Shown piece by piece: positions 33,227-44,553 of a stretch of 64,000 bases of DNA. The translations under genes were made by a program, and so were the position numbers. Numbering within the stretch: the stretch's first letter is position 1; each line of letters begins with the position of its first letter. The notes beneath the pieces were generated by a model. The model was not told where the DNA came from and did no database searches. It saw only the letters and a program-made list of their open reading frames with translations. Location of the stretch: contig CAVSNY010000002.1 of the NCBI GenBank assembly GCA_963729605.1, positions 32,001 through 96,000 on the forward strand, read 5' to 3'. This stretch comes from an uncultured Gammaproteobacteria bacterium. GTDB taxonomy: Bacteria; Pseudomonadota; Gammaproteobacteria; DRLM01.

Positions 33227-33655
33227 ATGTTGCATATCACAGAACGTATCGCCGACCCCATTCCCTGCAATACCTCGCTGACCCTGCCCTTCGACTTGCG
33301 GCAGAAGAGCCGGCAACGCGTGCAGTTGGACGACGGCCGCGAGGCGGCCTTGATATTGCCGCGCGGCGTGGTGTTGCGGGGCGGCGATAGCCTGCGCGCC
33401 GACGACGGCGAGTTGATCGCGGTGCGCGCCGCGGTGGAGGCGGTGTCCACCGCATCCAGCGATGATGCCCGGCTGTTGGCGCGCGCCGCTTATCATCTGG
33501 GCAATCGTCACGTACCGGTGCAGATCGGCGCGGGCTGGCTGCGTTACGGCCGCGACCACGTGCTGGACGACATGCTGCATGGTCTGGGCTTGGAGGTGCG
33601 GCACGAGGAATCGCCCTTCGAGCCGGAGTCCGGCGCCTATCAGCATGGACACTGA
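33227..33655 (+). CDS. ureE: Urease accessory protein UreE
   Basis: RQKSRQR, AYHLGNRH, FEPESGAY; very short His tail. Confidence 0.9.
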   Translation: MLHITERIADPIPCNTSLTLPFDLRQKSRQRVQLDDGREAALILPRGVVLRGGDSLRADDGELIAVRAAVEAVSTASSDDARLLARAAYHLGNRHVPVQIGAGWLRYGRDHVLDDMLHGLGLEVRHEESPFEPESGAYQHGH

Positions 33656-34334
33656 ACTACATTCTCGCGACGGCGGCTTGTTGCGCCTGTTGCAATTGAC
33701 CAGCCCGGCCTTGCCCATCGGCGCCTTCGCCTATTCGCAAGGGCTGGAATACGCGGTACAGGCGCAATGGGTACATGATGAAACGTCGGCGCAGGCGTGG
33801 ATCCTCGGTGTGATGCGCGAAGGCGTGGCGCGTTTGGACGTACCGGTGCTGGTGCGTTTATATCGCGCCTGGTCGGTGAACGACGAGGATGCGCTGGATT
33901 ACTGGAGCGACTATCTGCGCGCCAGCCGCGAGGCGGCGGAGCTGCGGGAGGAAGACCGCCAATTGGGCATGGCCCTCGCCCGCTTGTTGCGCGATTTGGA
34001 AATCGCGGAGGCCGCGCCGTGGCTGACCCGGCCGCAAGCCAACTTGGCGACCCTGTTCGCCTTGGCGGCGGTGCGCTGGAATATTTCTTTGCGGGACGCC
34101 GTGAGCGGTTATCTGTGGTCGTGGACCGAGGCGCAAGTGGCGGCCGCCGTCAAGCTGGTGCCGCTGGGACAGACCGCGGGACAACGCATCCTGTCGCGTG
34201 CGGTGCTGGAGATTCCCGCGGCCGCGACGGCGGGATGGTCTTTGAGCGACGACGAAATCGGTTACGCCGCGCCGCGCCTCGCCATCGGCAGCGCGCTGCA
34301 CGAGGGCCAGTATTCGCGTTTGTTTCGGTCGTGA
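33645..34334 (+). CDS. ureF: Urease accessory protein UreF
   Basis: LQLTSPALPIGAFAYSQGLE, KLVPLGQTAGQ, HEGQYSRLFRS. Confidence 0.93.
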   Translation: MDTELHSRDGGLLRLLQLTSPALPIGAFAYSQGLEYAVQAQWVHDETSAQAWILGVMREGVARLDVPVLVRLYRAWSVNDEDALDYWSDYLRASREAAELREEDRQLGMALARLLRDLEIAEAAPWLTRPQANLATLFALAAVRWNISLRDAVSGYLWSWTEAQVAAAVKLVPLGQTAGQRILSRAVLEIPAAATAGWSLSDDEIGYAAPRLAIGSALHEGQYSRLFRS

Positions 34335-34483
34335 ACGGATTGAAGCGCGGAGAAGGGCAAAGTTTGTAAGTCGGAATAGGATAGATGATGGGTGGGGCGC
34401 GTCCTTGGTTTCGTCCCGCTTCACTGTCTCCCAAACATTCCCTGCCCTCCATGGTTATCAAATATTATTTTGGAGATGAAGCG

Positions 34484-35116
34484 ATGACTCAATCCGTATT
34501 GCGCGTCGGTGTCGGCGGCCCGGTGGGTTCGGGCAAGACCGCCTTGATGCTGGCGCTCTGCCGCAGCCTGCGCAGCCGTTATCAAATCGCCGCGGTGACC
34601 AACGACATCTACACCAAGGAAGACGCGCAGTTCCTCACCCGCCACGAGGCGCTGAGTCCGGAACGGATCATCGGCGTCGAGACCGGCGGCTGTCCGCACA
34701 CCGCCATTCGCGAGGACGCCTCGATGAATCTCGCCGCCGTGGATGAATTGTGCCGGCGTTTTCCCGATTTGGATCTGGTGCTGATCGAGAGCGGCGGCGA
34801 CAACCTCAGCGCGACCTTCAGTCCCGAGTTGTCCGATCTGACCTTGTACGTGATCGACGTGGCGGCCGGCGATAAAATTCCGCGCAAGGGTGGTCCCGGC
34901 ATCACCAAATCCGATCTGCTGGTGATCAATAAAATCGATCTCGCGCCGCACGTCGGCGCCTCGCTGGAGGTGATGGATCAGGATGCGCGGCGCATGCGCG
35001 GCGCTAAGCCCTTTGTGTTCACCAATCTCAAAACCGGCACCGGCCTGGAGCTTGTGCAAGACTTCATCATCCGCGCCGGCATGTTGAGTTTGAACGGCGA
35101 AAAAATTTTCGCATGA
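34484..35116 (+). CDS. ureG: Urease accessory GTPase UreG
   Basis: [27 protein letters not shown]. Confidence 0.97.
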   Translation: MTQSVLRVGVGGPVGSGKTALMLALCRSLRSRYQIAAVTNDIYTKEDAQFLTRHEALSPERIIGVETGGCPHTAIREDASMNLAAVDELCRRFPDLDLVLIESGGDNLSATFSPELSDLTLYVIDVAAGDKIPRKGGPGITKSDLLVINKIDLAPHVGASLEVMDQDARRMRGAKPFVFTNLKTGTGLELVQDFIIRAGMLSLNGEKIFA

Positions 35117-35120
35117 ACAA

Positions 35121-35247
35121 CGCACCAAAATTAATTCCCGACGCGGCGCACTGCCTCATCCTTGGTCGCAGTTAACGTCGCACCTCTCTCTCGTAATCGA
35201 TAAACGCTTGAAATGCGGATGCATTGGCTTTTGGCATGGAGCATGCA
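35121..35247 (+). promoter_or_regulatory. NtrC-like boxes plus sigma54 promoter
   Basis: CGCACCAAAA at 35121, a second box at 35152, and TTGGCATGGAGCATGCA at 35231. Confidence 0.55.
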
Positions 35248-35321
35248 AAATCCTGTTCGCATAGGTTTGGGGATGGGCATGCATCATCCGTCATAAGCAA
35301 AGTGATTTCGATAACGAGGAG

Positions 35322-36071
35322 ATGATTTCAATGAAATTGTGTTTTTCAAAAAAGCTGACGACTCTGGGCATGATGTCCGTCCTGGCGGGCGTGGCCTTGA
35401 CCGCGCCCACGACGGCTAGCGCGGACCTGACTGGCAATATTGGCGTATTTTCCAAATACGTCTTGCGGGGCATCACCAACACCACCGAGAACGACAACAC
35501 CACGGTACAAGGCGGCTTCGACTACAGCCACGCCAGCGGATTTTACGCGGGTTACTGGGGCTCCAACCTCGGCTACGGCAACGGCACCACCGCCACCGGC
35601 TTCGAAAACGACCTCTACGCCGGCTACGCCGGCCAGGCCGGCGACGCCAGCTACAGCCTCGGCCTCATCCAATACTACTACATGGAAGTCGAAGACTCCG
35701 ACGGCCTGGAATTCGTCGGCAGCGTCGGCTACGGCCCGATCAAGGCCGGCTTCAAATACCTCACCAACGACGTCGCCTGGGGCAACACCGGCGACATCTA
35801 CTGGACCGTGGATTATTCAGCGAGCCTGCCCATGGACTTCGGTTTCGGCGCGAGCCTCGGCTACTACACCTACGAAGATAGCGGCGACTTCATCGCCAGC
35901 TCGGCGAAAGACTCGGCGTTCCGGCATCTCAACCTCAGCCTCTCCCGCCCGATAGGCGATACCGGCGCCAACATGAACGTCACCTACGTCATCGGCGGCG
36001 AAGACCGCCAGGGCAACGACCAGAAAGACGCCCTGGTCCTCGGCATCACCTACGGCTTCGAGGTGAAGTAA
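35322..36071 (+). CDS. TorF-family putative porin, copy 1
   Basis: Signal peptide; SKYVLRGI, VQGGFDYSHASGFYAGYWGSN, ENDLYAGY. Confidence 0.8.
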   Translation: MISMKLCFSKKLTTLGMMSVLAGVALTAPTTASADLTGNIGVFSKYVLRGITNTTENDNTTVQGGFDYSHASGFYAGYWGSNLGYGNGTTATGFENDLYAGYAGQAGDASYSLGLIQYYYMEVEDSDGLEFVGSVGYGPIKAGFKYLTNDVAWGNTGDIYWTVDYSASLPMDFGFGASLGYYTYEDSGDFIASSAKDSAFRHLNLSLSRPIGDTGANMNVTYVIGGEDRQGNDQKDALVLGITYGFEVK

Positions 36072-36103
36072 AGAACATCACGTGGCCGGCTTCCCGCCGG
36101 CCA
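35406..36103 (+). repeat. ~700 bp near-identical direct repeat, copy 1 (copy 2 is 9220 bp downstream)
   Basis: Line-by-line match with 44626-45323; in the coding part I saw differences only near 35417 and 35717. Confidence 0.95.
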
Positions 36104-36159
36104 CGTTGTATTCGCGGATCGTCGGTCGAGCCGGTCCTTTCATTTTAGGAGAACAGGTC

Positions 36160-37386
36160 ATGCCTGAAACATTAATCAAAGTCGATTTATCCAAGGCGCC
36201 GGAGGAGCAGAGCGCGGTCATTCACAATCGCTGGCATCCCGATATCCCCATGACGGCCTGGGTCAAAGCCGGCGCCGAATTCCGCGTCGAATGCGTGGAC
36301 TGGACCGGCGGGCAAATCGCCAACAACAACAGCGCGACCGACATTCGCGACGTCGATCTCACCAAGGTCCATTATCTCAGCGGCCCGATCGGCGTCGAGG
36401 GCGCCGAGCCCGGCGATTTGCTGGTGGTGGATATTCTGGATCTAGGCACGCTGGCCGAATCCGAGTGGGGCTTCACCGGTCTGTTCGCCAAGGAGAACGG
36501 CGGCGGCTTTCTCACCGATCATTATCCCGAGGCGCGCAAGGCCTGCTGGGATTTTCACGGCATCTATACCACCAGCCGCCACATTCCCAAAGTGCGTTTC
36601 GCCGGAATCATGCACCCCGGTCTGATCGGTTGTTTGCCTTCCGCCGAACTGCTCGCGCAATGGAATAAACGCGAGGCGGAGTTGGTGGCGACCAATCCGG
36701 AACGCGTGCCGCCCCTGGCGGCCTTGCCTTACGCGCCCACCGCGGTGATGGGCGGGATGAAAGGCGCTGCCGCCGCGGCGGCGGCCAAAGAGGGCGCGCG
36801 CACCGTGCCCCCCCGCGAACACGGCGGCAATTGCGATATCAAGAATCTCTCGCGTGGTTCCAAAGTGTATTTCCCTGTCTACGTCAAAGGCGGCGGCCTG
36901 TCGATGGGCGACATCCATTTCAGCCAGGGCGACGGCGAGATCACCTTTTGCGGCGCCATCGAAATGGCCGGCTACATCGATATTCACGTCGATGTCATCA
37001 AAGGCGGCATGGCCAAATACGGCATCACCAATCCGATCTTCCAGCCTAGCCCGATGGAGCCGCGTTACAGCAATTACCTCATCTTCGAAGGCATCTCGGT
37101 GGACGAGGCGGGCAAGCAATATTATCTGGACGCCCACGTCGCTTATCGCCGCGCCTGTTTGAACGCCATCGAATACATGAAGAAATTCGGCTACACCGGC
37201 GAGCAGGCCTACGCCATTCTCGGCACCGCGCCGGTGGAAGGCCACATCAGCGGTATCGTCGACATCCCCAATGCGTGCGCGACGCTGTGGCTGCCCACCG
37301 ATATCTTTGAGTTCGACATGAAGCCGAATGCGTCCGGCCCGATCGCCCATGTCGGCGGCGGCGTGGATCTGGCGCGGGTTGCTTGA
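36160..37386 (+). CDS. fmdA: Formamidase (acetamidase/formamidase family)
   Basis: HNRWHPDIP, DWTGGQI, PPREHGGNCDIK, GDIHFSQGDGE, IVDIPNAC. Confidence 0.93.
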   Translation: MPETLIKVDLSKAPEEQSAVIHNRWHPDIPMTAWVKAGAEFRVECVDWTGGQIANNNSATDIRDVDLTKVHYLSGPIGVEGAEPGDLLVVDILDLGTLAESEWGFTGLFAKENGGGFLTDHYPEARKACWDFHGIYTTSRHIPKVRFAGIMHPGLIGCLPSAELLAQWNKREAELVATNPERVPPLAALPYAPTAVMGGMKGAAAAAAAKEGARTVPPREHGGNCDIKNLSRGSKVYFPVYVKGGGLSMGDIHFSQGDGEITFCGAIEMAGYIDIHVDVIKGGMAKYGITNPIFQPSPMEPRYSNYLIFEGISVDEAGKQYYLDAHVAYRRACLNAIEYMKKFGYTGEQAYAILGTAPVEGHISGIVDIPNACATLWLPTDIFEFDMKPNASGPIAHVGGGVDLARVA

Positions 37387-37434
37387 CCAGGCAAACCCGC
37401 GGCGGCGTCGCATCCAGTAGAGGAGTTTTGAGCA

Positions 37435-37746
37435 ATGCCTTTGTACGAATATGTCTGCGATCACTGCGGCCCGTTCACGGACTTCGCCAAGATGGCCGAT
37501 TCGGCCCGGCCGGCGGATTGTCCCGAATGTGGAAGCGCGGCGCCGAGGATCATTTCGGCGCCGCGCCTGGCGATGGTCTCCAAATCCACTCGCGCCGCGC
37601 ATGAACGCAATGAGAAAAGCGCGCATGAACCGGTGATGGCGAAGAAGGGCGCCGGCAAGTGCAGTCATAGCGGTCCTTGCAATCATGGTCCGGCCAAGGC
37701 GGCGCCCGTCAAAACGCCGCAACGTCCTTGGATGTTGGGCCACTGA
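37435..37746 (+). CDS. fmdB: FmdB-family zinc-ribbon protein
   Basis: MPLYEYVCDHCG...CPECG...NEKSAHEP...RPWMLGH. Confidence 0.9.
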   Translation: MPLYEYVCDHCGPFTDFAKMADSARPADCPECGSAAPRIISAPRLAMVSKSTRAAHERNEKSAHEPVMAKKGAGKCSHSGPCNHGPAKAAPVKTPQRPWMLGH

Positions 37747-37814
37747 AAGGGCCAATGACGGTTTGAGAAAATTCAAACCGGTTCGACCAAAAATTCAGAA
37801 TGTCTCCTGAGTTG

Positions 37815-37844
37815 AACGGCACCCTAATAAGGTGCCGTTTTTTT
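37815..37844 (+). terminator. Rho-independent terminator
   Basis: AACGGCACC-N7-GGTGCCGTT followed by a T run. Confidence 0.75.
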
Positions 37845-37873
37845 ATGCGCCGTAGAACGACGGCGATAATTCG

Positions 37874-38142
37874 CGCACCATCGCGCGGCGATGCGCCCTC
37901 TCTCCTGCACCACGATCTCCAGGTTGTTTTGGAATACGCGGCGGATCCGAAAAAATATCGACGCACCTTATTCATCCACGTGTTCGCGCAAAATGGTTCG
38001 CGCGATTCGCGAGGTCCATAACTTATTGAAGCCTTGCAACAAGCCTCGGCGAAGAGCGCGTTTTATTAGTGCGCGCGGCCCGTGACTCATGAGCGAACGC
38101 GAGCGGCAGAATAGTTCAGCGGCGAGTGGCATACAGGTTGCA
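37874..38142 (+). promoter_or_regulatory. NtrC-like half-sites plus sigma54 promoter
   Basis: CGCACCA (37874) and TGCACCA (37906); GTGGCATACAGGTTGCA at 38126. Confidence 0.65.
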
Positions 38143-38233
38143 ATCTCAGTATCGCCAAGGTGCTCAAGAAGAAAGTCTCTTGCTGAGAGACGGCGTACTC
38201 GGAGCGAAGCAAAAACTTTTGTAGGGGGTAACA

Positions 38234-39469
38234 ATGAAGCAACATGAATTTATCGGTGGGTGGCGACGGTCGTTGGCGTTGACGCTGGGTCTATGCTTCG
38301 CCGCGGCGTCGCAATCCTTCGCCGCGCCGCCGACCGCGCAGGTCAACACCACGGGACTGGCCGTGACGGACAAAGAGGTCACGGTGGGCATTCTTCACTC
38401 GCTGACCGGCACGATGTCCATCAGTGAAACCGGTTCGGTCGAGGCCGAGAAATTGGCGATCGAGCAGATCAATAAAATGGGTGGCGTGCTCGGCCGGCAG
38501 ATCAAGATCGTGCAGGAAGACGGCGCCAGCGACTGGCCGACCTTCGCCGAAAAATCCAAGAAGCTTTTGGTGCAGGACAAAGTGGCGGCGGTGTTTGGTT
38601 GCTGGACCTCCGCGTCGCGCAAGGCGGTGTTGCCGGTGTTCGAAAAAGAGAACGGCTTGTTGTACTACCCGACCTTTTATGAAGGCCTGGAGCAATCGAA
38701 GAACGTGATCTACACCGGTCAGGAAGCCACGCAGCAGATCCTCGCCGGTTTGGACTGGGTGGCCAAGGAGAAAGGCGCCAAAACCTTTTACCTGATCGGC
38801 TCCGACTACATCTGGCCGCGCACCTCCATGAAGATCGCCCGCAAGCATATCGAGAACGTGCTCAAGGGCAAGGTGGTCGGCGAGGAATATGCGCCGCTCG
38901 GTCACACTCAATTCGGTTCCGTCATCAACAAAATCAAATTGAGGAAACCCGATGTGATCTACGCCGCGGTGGTGGGCGGCAGTAACGTGGCCTGGTTCAA
39001 GCAGCTCAAGGCCGCCGGTATCACCGGCGACAAGCAGACGCTGCTGACGATCTCGGTCACGGAAGACGAGGTGCTGGGCATCGGTGGTGAAAATCTGGTG
39101 GGCTTTTATTCGGCGATGAAATATTTCCAGAGCCTGGACAATCCCAATAACGCCGCCTTCGTGAAGGCCTTCAAGGAACGCTGGGGTGCCGACAGCGTGA
39201 TCGGCGACGTGACCCAGGCCGCGTATCTCGGTCCCTGGTTGTGGAAGGCCGCGGTGGAAAAGGCCGGCAGCTTCGACGTGAACAAGGTGACGGCGGCCTC
39301 GCCCGGCATCGAGTTGAAGACCGCGCCGGAAGGTTACGTCAAGGTCCATCCCAATCATCACTTGTGGAGCAAGGCCCGTATCGGTCAGTGGAAGGCCGAC
39401 GGTCAGGTGAAGCTGGTGTATGAATCCGCTTTGATCGAGCCCAATCCGTTTCCCGCGGGTTATCAATAA
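38234..39469 (+). CDS. urtA: Urea/short-chain amide ABC substrate-binding protein (UrtA/FmdD-like)
   Basis: GILHSLTGTMSISE, DGASDWPTF, FGCWTSASRK, YPTFYEGLE. Confidence 0.85.
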   Translation: MKQHEFIGGWRRSLALTLGLCFAAASQSFAAPPTAQVNTTGLAVTDKEVTVGILHSLTGTMSISETGSVEAEKLAIEQINKMGGVLGRQIKIVQEDGASDWPTFAEKSKKLLVQDKVAAVFGCWTSASRKAVLPVFEKENGLLYYPTFYEGLEQSKNVIYTGQEATQQILAGLDWVAKEKGAKTFYLIGSDYIWPRTSMKIARKHIENVLKGKVVGEEYAPLGHTQFGSVINKIKLRKPDVIYAAVVGGSNVAWFKQLKAAGITGDKQTLLTISVTEDEVLGIGGENLVGFYSAMKYFQSLDNPNNAAFVKAFKERWGADSVIGDVTQAAYLGPWLWKAAVEKAGSFDVNKVTAASPGIELKTAPEGYVKVHPNHHLWSKARIGQWKADGQVKLVYESALIEPNPFPAGYQ

Positions 39470-39550
39470 GGGTAGTGCTTCGGCGCCGGCGGAGACCGGC
39501 GCCGAATTTCCAAGAGCAAACGGTTAAAAATATGTCCGAGGGGGCTAGCC

Positions 39551-40477
39551 ATGTTTGATGCGTACACTACGGCGGAACTGGGCAATATCTTCGTCATGCA
39601 GGGTTTCGCGGGCTTGAGCCTGTTCAGCGTGCTGCTGCTGATGGCTTTGGGTCTGGCGATCATCTTCGGCCAGATGGGCGTGATCAATATGGCCCACGGC
39701 GAATTCATGACCATCGGCGCCTACACCACGGTGATGTTATCGACCTTGACCCAGCAATATGCGCCCGGCTTTCTTTCCTATTACTTTTTCTTCGCCATCG
39801 CCTTGAGTTTTCTCATCGCCTTCGGCGTCGGTTATCTGGTGGAGCTGGGCATGATCCGCCATCTCTACAAGCGGCCCTTGGATACCTTGCTCGCCACCTG
39901 GGGCTTGAGCCTGATCATGCAGCAAATCTTCCGCTCCTCGTTCGGCGCCCGCGAAGTGAGCGCGACTTTGCCAGACTGGTTGATGGGCTCGTGGCAGCCG
40001 GTGGAGGGCATGGATATTCCGCTCAACGGCTTGTTCGTGATGGGCCTCGCCATTTGCGTGACCCTGGGCGTGGTGTTGTTCCTGTTCCGCTCGCGCTGGG
40101 GTTTGCGGGTGCGGGCCACCACGCAGAACCGCGTCATGAGCGGCGCGGTCGGCATCAATACCACCAAGGTCGATCGCGTGACCTTCGCGCTGGGCTGCGG
40201 CCTCGCCGGCATCGCCGGCGCGGCCTTCACCACCATCGCCTCCACCGGGCCGACCACCGGCTCGCTGTACATCGTCGACACGTTTTTAGTGGTGGTGTTC
40301 GGCGGCGCGCAGAGTTTGTTCGGCACCATCGCCTCGGCCTTCAGCATCGCCCAGGCGCAATCGGTCATGGAGTTCTTCATGGCCAGCTCGATGGCCAAGG
40401 TTCTCACCTTGATGACCATCATCGGGATACTCATGCTGCGGCCCGAGGGATTGTTTTCCATCAAGGTACGCAAGTAG
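39551..40477 (+). CDS. urtB: Urea/amide ABC permease
   Basis: GLAIIFGQMGVINMAHGE, PLDTLLATWG. Confidence 0.85.
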   Translation: MFDAYTTAELGNIFVMQGFAGLSLFSVLLLMALGLAIIFGQMGVINMAHGEFMTIGAYTTVMLSTLTQQYAPGFLSYYFFFAIALSFLIAFGVGYLVELGMIRHLYKRPLDTLLATWGLSLIMQQIFRSSFGAREVSATLPDWLMGSWQPVEGMDIPLNGLFVMGLAICVTLGVVLFLFRSRWGLRVRATTQNRVMSGAVGINTTKVDRVTFALGCGLAGIAGAAFTTIASTGPTTGSLYIVDTFLVVVFGGAQSLFGTIASAFSIAQAQSVMEFFMASSMAKVLTLMTIIGILMLRPEGLFSIKVRK

Positions 40478-40501
40478 CCAACGCGGAGGTAAGCAACGAT
40501 T

Positions 40502-41728
40502 ATGAGCGCGATATACCGAAATCTGCTTGGCGGCCGCTCGGGGCTGATTGGCCTGGCCATCCTGGCCGGTTTGATCTTGGTGGTACTGCCGGCCATGCTC
40601 GACATCTTCCGGCTCAATCTGGTCGGTAAATATCTGACCTATGCCTTCGTCGCGGTGGGGCTGGTGTTGTGCTGGGGTTACGGCGGCATCTTGAGCCTGG
40701 GACAAGGCGTGTTCTTCGGACTCGGCGGTTATTGCATGGCGATGTTCCTCAAGCTCGAGGCCTCGGACCCGCAGAGCACGGCGATTCAAACCACGCCGGG
40801 CATTCCGGATTTCATGGACTGGAATCAGATCACCGCCCTGCCGTGGTTCTGGGAACCCTTCAACAATTTGGGCTTCACCTTGCTGGCGGTGCTGGTGGTC
40901 CCGACGGTGTTCGCTTATCTGATCGGTGTGGCGATGTTTAAGCGGCGGGTCGGCGGCGTGTATTTCGCCATCATCACCCAGGTGATCGCGGCGATCGTCA
41001 CCATCCTCATCGTCGGGCAGCAGGGGTATACCGGCGGCATCAACGGCATCACCGACTTGAGGACCTTGGGCGGCTGGGACATCCGCACTGATTCCGCCAA
41101 ATACATTTTGTATTACGTGAACGCGCTGCTGCTGTTCGGTTGCATATTGATCGGCCGCTACATCACCACCAGTAAATTCGGCCGCTTGCTGCTGGCGATG
41201 CGCGACAAAGAAGACCGGGTGCGTTTCTCCGGCTACGACGTCGCCGACTTCAAGATCTTCGTGTTCTGCGTCGGCGCGCTGTTCTCCGCCATCGGTGGCG
41301 CGATGTTCACCCTGCAGGTGGGGTTCATGTCGCCGTCGTTCGTCGGCATCGTACCTTCCATCGAGATGGTGATTTACACCGCGGTGGGCGGACGCTTGTC
41401 CTTGCTCGGCGCGGTCTACGGCACCTTGCTGGTGAATGCCGGCAAGACCGACTTCTCCGAAAGCTTCCCCGAGTTGTGGCTGTTCCTGATGGGCGGTTTG
41501 TTCATCGCGGTGGTGATGTTCTTCCCCAACGGCCTGGCGGGCATCTATGAGAAATACATTCAGCCCTATTTGTCGCTGCGTTATTTCCGCAAGCGGACGC
41601 CGAATGCGCCACCGCCGGCGGCGCCACCGCCCGCCGCGGCCAAGCGTAACGCATCGTCCAGCGGTGGTTTGACGCCCTCGGCGTTGCCCGGTACCACGGG
41701 ACGGGCCATGAAAAATCAGGAAAGCTGA
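40502..41728 (+). CDS. urtC: Urea/amide ABC permease
   Basis: WGYGGILSLGQG, IPDFMDWN, GVYFAIITQ. Confidence 0.85.
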   Translation: MSAIYRNLLGGRSGLIGLAILAGLILVVLPAMLDIFRLNLVGKYLTYAFVAVGLVLCWGYGGILSLGQGVFFGLGGYCMAMFLKLEASDPQSTAIQTTPGIPDFMDWNQITALPWFWEPFNNLGFTLLAVLVVPTVFAYLIGVAMFKRRVGGVYFAIITQVIAAIVTILIVGQQGYTGGINGITDLRTLGGWDIRTDSAKYILYYVNALLLFGCILIGRYITTSKFGRLLLAMRDKEDRVRFSGYDVADFKIFVFCVGALFSAIGGAMFTLQVGFMSPSFVGIVPSIEMVIYTAVGGRLSLLGAVYGTLLVNAGKTDFSESFPELWLFLMGGLFIAVVMFFPNGLAGIYEKYIQPYLSLRYFRKRTPNAPPPAAPPPAAAKRNASSSGGLTPSALPGTTGRAMKNQES

Positions 41729-41738
41729 GGAGACCGCG

Positions 41739-42481
41739 ATGACCAATAACGACTTCATGCTGTCGGTGGAAGACCTCACCGTGTCTTTCGACGGCTTCAA
41801 GGCGGTGGACGCCCTCAATCTTTACGTCGATCGCAACGAACTGCGGGTGGTGATCGGTCCCAACGGCGCCGGCAAGACCACTTTGCTGGACTTGATCTGC
41901 GGCAAGACCAAGGCCACCGCCGGCTCGATCCGTTCAAAGGCAAGGAGCTCACCAAACTGGCGGAGCACGACATCGTGCGGTCCGGGGTGGGGCGCAAATT
42001 CCAGAATCCGTCCATCTACGAAAATCTTTCGGTGTTCGAGAATCTGGAAATCTCCTTCCCGCGCGGGCGCGGCGTATTCGGTTCGCTGGCCTTCCGCCGC
42101 ACGCCGGATGTGGTGGAGCGGGTCGAGGCGGTCGCCGAGGAGATTTTCCTCGTCGACCACCTCGACATGGAGGCCGGTCTGCTCAGTCACGGCCAGAAAC
42201 AATGGCTGGAGATCGGCATGCTGCTGATCCAGTCGCCGGAGCTGCTGATGCTGGACGAACCGGTGGCGGGCATGAGCGTCAAGGAGCGCGAGTTGACCGC
42301 CGAGCTGCTCAAGCGCATCTGTTTGAACCGCTCGGTGATCGTCATCGAACACGACATGGACTTCGTGCAGCGCATCGCCCACAAGGTGACGGTGCTGCAT
42401 CAGGGCAAGATGCTGGCGGAGGGCAGCATGGAAAAAGTCCAGGCCGACCCGCGGGTCATCGAAGTGTATTTGGGTCATTGA
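41739..42481 (+). CDS. urtD: Urea/amide ABC ATPase; single-base deletion near 41933 (likely sequencing error)
   Basis: GPNGAGKTT in one frame and GRKFQ/LSHGQKQWLEIGM in another; CGTTC should read CGTTTC. Confidence 0.85.
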
Positions 42482-42499
42482 GCGCGAGGAGCAGACAAC

Positions 42500-43189
42500 A
42501 TGTTCGCAGTCGACGGGTTGACGGTGAGTTACGGGCAGAGTGAGGTCATCCACGGCGTGAGTTTCAAGGCCGCCAAAAACGAGACCATCGCCATCATGGG
42601 CCGTAACGGCATGGGCAAGACCACCCTCTTCAAATCCATGATGGGTATCCTGCCTTCCAAGCAGGGCAGAGTGGAAGTGGACGGCGTCGACGTCGCCGGC
42701 ATGGAGAGCCATCGCCGGGTGCGCAGCGGCATGGCCTACGTGCCGCAGGGCCGCTGGATATTTCCTGCCCTTACCGTGCAGGAAAATATCGAGACCGGTT
42801 TGGAGAAATCCAAGACCAAAAAAATCCCCGAGGACATCTACGCGCTGTTTCCGGTGTTGTTCGACATGCGCAAGCGGAAGGGTGGCAATCTGTCCGGCGG
42901 CCAGCAGCAGCAATTGGCGATCGCGCGCGCCCTGGTCACCGATCCCAAGGTGTTGCTGCTCGACGAGCCCACCGAGGGTATCCAGCCGTCCATCATTAAG
43001 GACATCGCCAAGGTGCTCAACGAGATCCGCAAGCTGCGCGAGATCACCATCATCGTCTCGGAGCAGGTGCTGAGTTTCACCTTGGAGATCGCCGACCGGC
43101 TGATCGTCATCGACAAGGGCAAGTTCATCCACGAGGACCTGCGCGCCAACGTGGACACCGCCAAGATCAGCCAGTATCTCTCGGTGTAA
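42500..43189 (+). CDS. urtE: Urea/amide ABC ATPase
   Basis: [29 protein letters not shown]. Confidence 0.88.
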   Translation: MFAVDGLTVSYGQSEVIHGVSFKAAKNETIAIMGRNGMGKTTLFKSMMGILPSKQGRVEVDGVDVAGMESHRRVRSGMAYVPQGRWIFPALTVQENIETGLEKSKTKKIPEDIYALFPVLFDMRKRKGGNLSGGQQQQLAIARALVTDPKVLLLDEPTEGIQPSIIKDIAKVLNEIRKLREITIIVSEQVLSFTLEIADRLIVIDKGKFIHEDLRANVDTAKISQYLSV

Positions 43190-43245
43190 CGAGCGCATTC
43201 AACAGCGGCCAACTTTCAATAGAGCTGAGTAAAGGAGAGCTTACG

Positions 43246-44292
43246 ATGCGGCAAGGCGATATTTCTTCCAGTAAAGATTGCGTGGGCGTGGCGGTGGTGA
43301 ATTACAAAATGCCGCGGCTGCACACCCGCGCCGAGGTGTTGGACAACGCCCGCAAGATCGCCGACATGGTGGTCGGCATGAAACAGGGTCTGCCGGGCAT
43401 GGACCTGGTGATTTTTCCCGAATACAGCACCCACGGCATCATGTACGACCCGGGCGAGATGTACGAAAACGCCGCGACGGTGCCGGGCGAGGAGACCGAG
43501 ATATTCGCCGCCGCCTGCCGCAAGGCCAATACCTGGGGCGTGTTCTCGCTCACCGGCGAACGCCACGAGGCCCACCCGCGCAAAGCGCCGTACAATACCC
43601 TGATACTGATCAATAGCGACGGCGAGATCGTGCAGAAATACCGCAAGATCATGCCGTGGTGCCCCATCGAAGGCTGGTATCCCGGCGGCAAGACCTTCGT
43701 CAGCGAAGGCCCCAAGGGCCTCAAGATCAGTCTCATCATTTGCGACGACGGCAATTATCCGGAAATCTGGCGCGACTGCACCATGAAGGGCGCCGAGCTG
43801 GTGGTGCGCTGCCAGGGCTACATGTATCCCGCGAAGGAACAGCAGATCATGGTGGCTAAGGCCATGGCCTGGATGAACAACACCTATGTGGCGGTGGCCA
43901 ACGCCACCGGTTTCGACGGCGTGTATTCCTATTTCGGTCATTCCGCCATCATCGGTTTCGATGGCCGGACCTTGGCCGAATGCGCCGAAGAAGAATACGG
44001 CATCCAATACGCCGAGCTTTCGGTATCGCAAATCCGCGACGCGCGCCGCAACTGGCAATCGCAGAATCACCTGTTCAAACTGCTGCATCGCGGTTACACC
44101 GGCATGATCAACTCCGGCGACGATCCGCAGGGGCTCGCTGAATGCCCGTACGATTTTTATCGCACCTGGGTGCTCGATCCGGCGCAGGCGCGTCGCCAGG
44201 CGGAAGCGATCACCCGCGAGATGCCGGGCACGCCCGAGTGCGTGGTCCCCGGTATCCCCGTGGCGCCAACGGGGCGTAAACACGTGGCTTAG
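43246..44292 (+). CDS. amiE: Aliphatic amidase (nitrilase superfamily)
   Basis: [40 protein letters not shown] (E-K-C triad). Confidence 0.93.
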   Translation: MRQGDISSSKDCVGVAVVNYKMPRLHTRAEVLDNARKIADMVVGMKQGLPGMDLVIFPEYSTHGIMYDPGEMYENAATVPGEETEIFAAACRKANTWGVFSLTGERHEAHPRKAPYNTLILINSDGEIVQKYRKIMPWCPIEGWYPGGKTFVSEGPKGLKISLIICDDGNYPEIWRDCTMKGAELVVRCQGYMYPAKEQQIMVAKAMAWMNNTYVAVANATGFDGVYSYFGHSAIIGFDGRTLAECAEEEYGIQYAELSVSQIRDARRNWQSQNHLFKLLHRGYTGMINSGDDPQGLAECPYDFYRTWVLDPAQARRQAEAITREMPGTPECVVPGIPVAPTGRKHVA

Positions 44293-44310
44293 CGGATAGA
44301 TTTTGGTTAT

Positions 44311-44438
44311 TGCACTAATTAGAGGCGCCATCCGGCGTGCGGGCACCGCGATGGCGCGCGCCCGCGCGCCAAACTGATCCATTTTCCTATTAAGAGTTTG
44401 AAATGCCGTCGAATCCATGACGTGGCATGCCTCCTGCT
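44311..44438 (+). promoter_or_regulatory. NtrC-like boxes plus sigma54 promoter
   Basis: TGCACTAATTAGAGGCG (44311), GGCACCGCGATGGCGCG (44342), and GTGGCATGCCTCCTGCT (44422). Confidence 0.6.
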
Positions 44439-44553
44439 ATTGGTTGCGTGACGGCAACGCTGTTGCATATAGGCCGCGGAGTTGTCGGCGTAATTCAGCT
44501 TGGGTGGCTCACGAAGCCGGGCTCAACACACACTTAAGAGGAAATAGGGGATC

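Noticed and set aside
41920-41945. Programmed frameshift in urtD
   Set aside because: No slippery heptamer or stimulatory structure; a missing T in a short run is better explained as an error.
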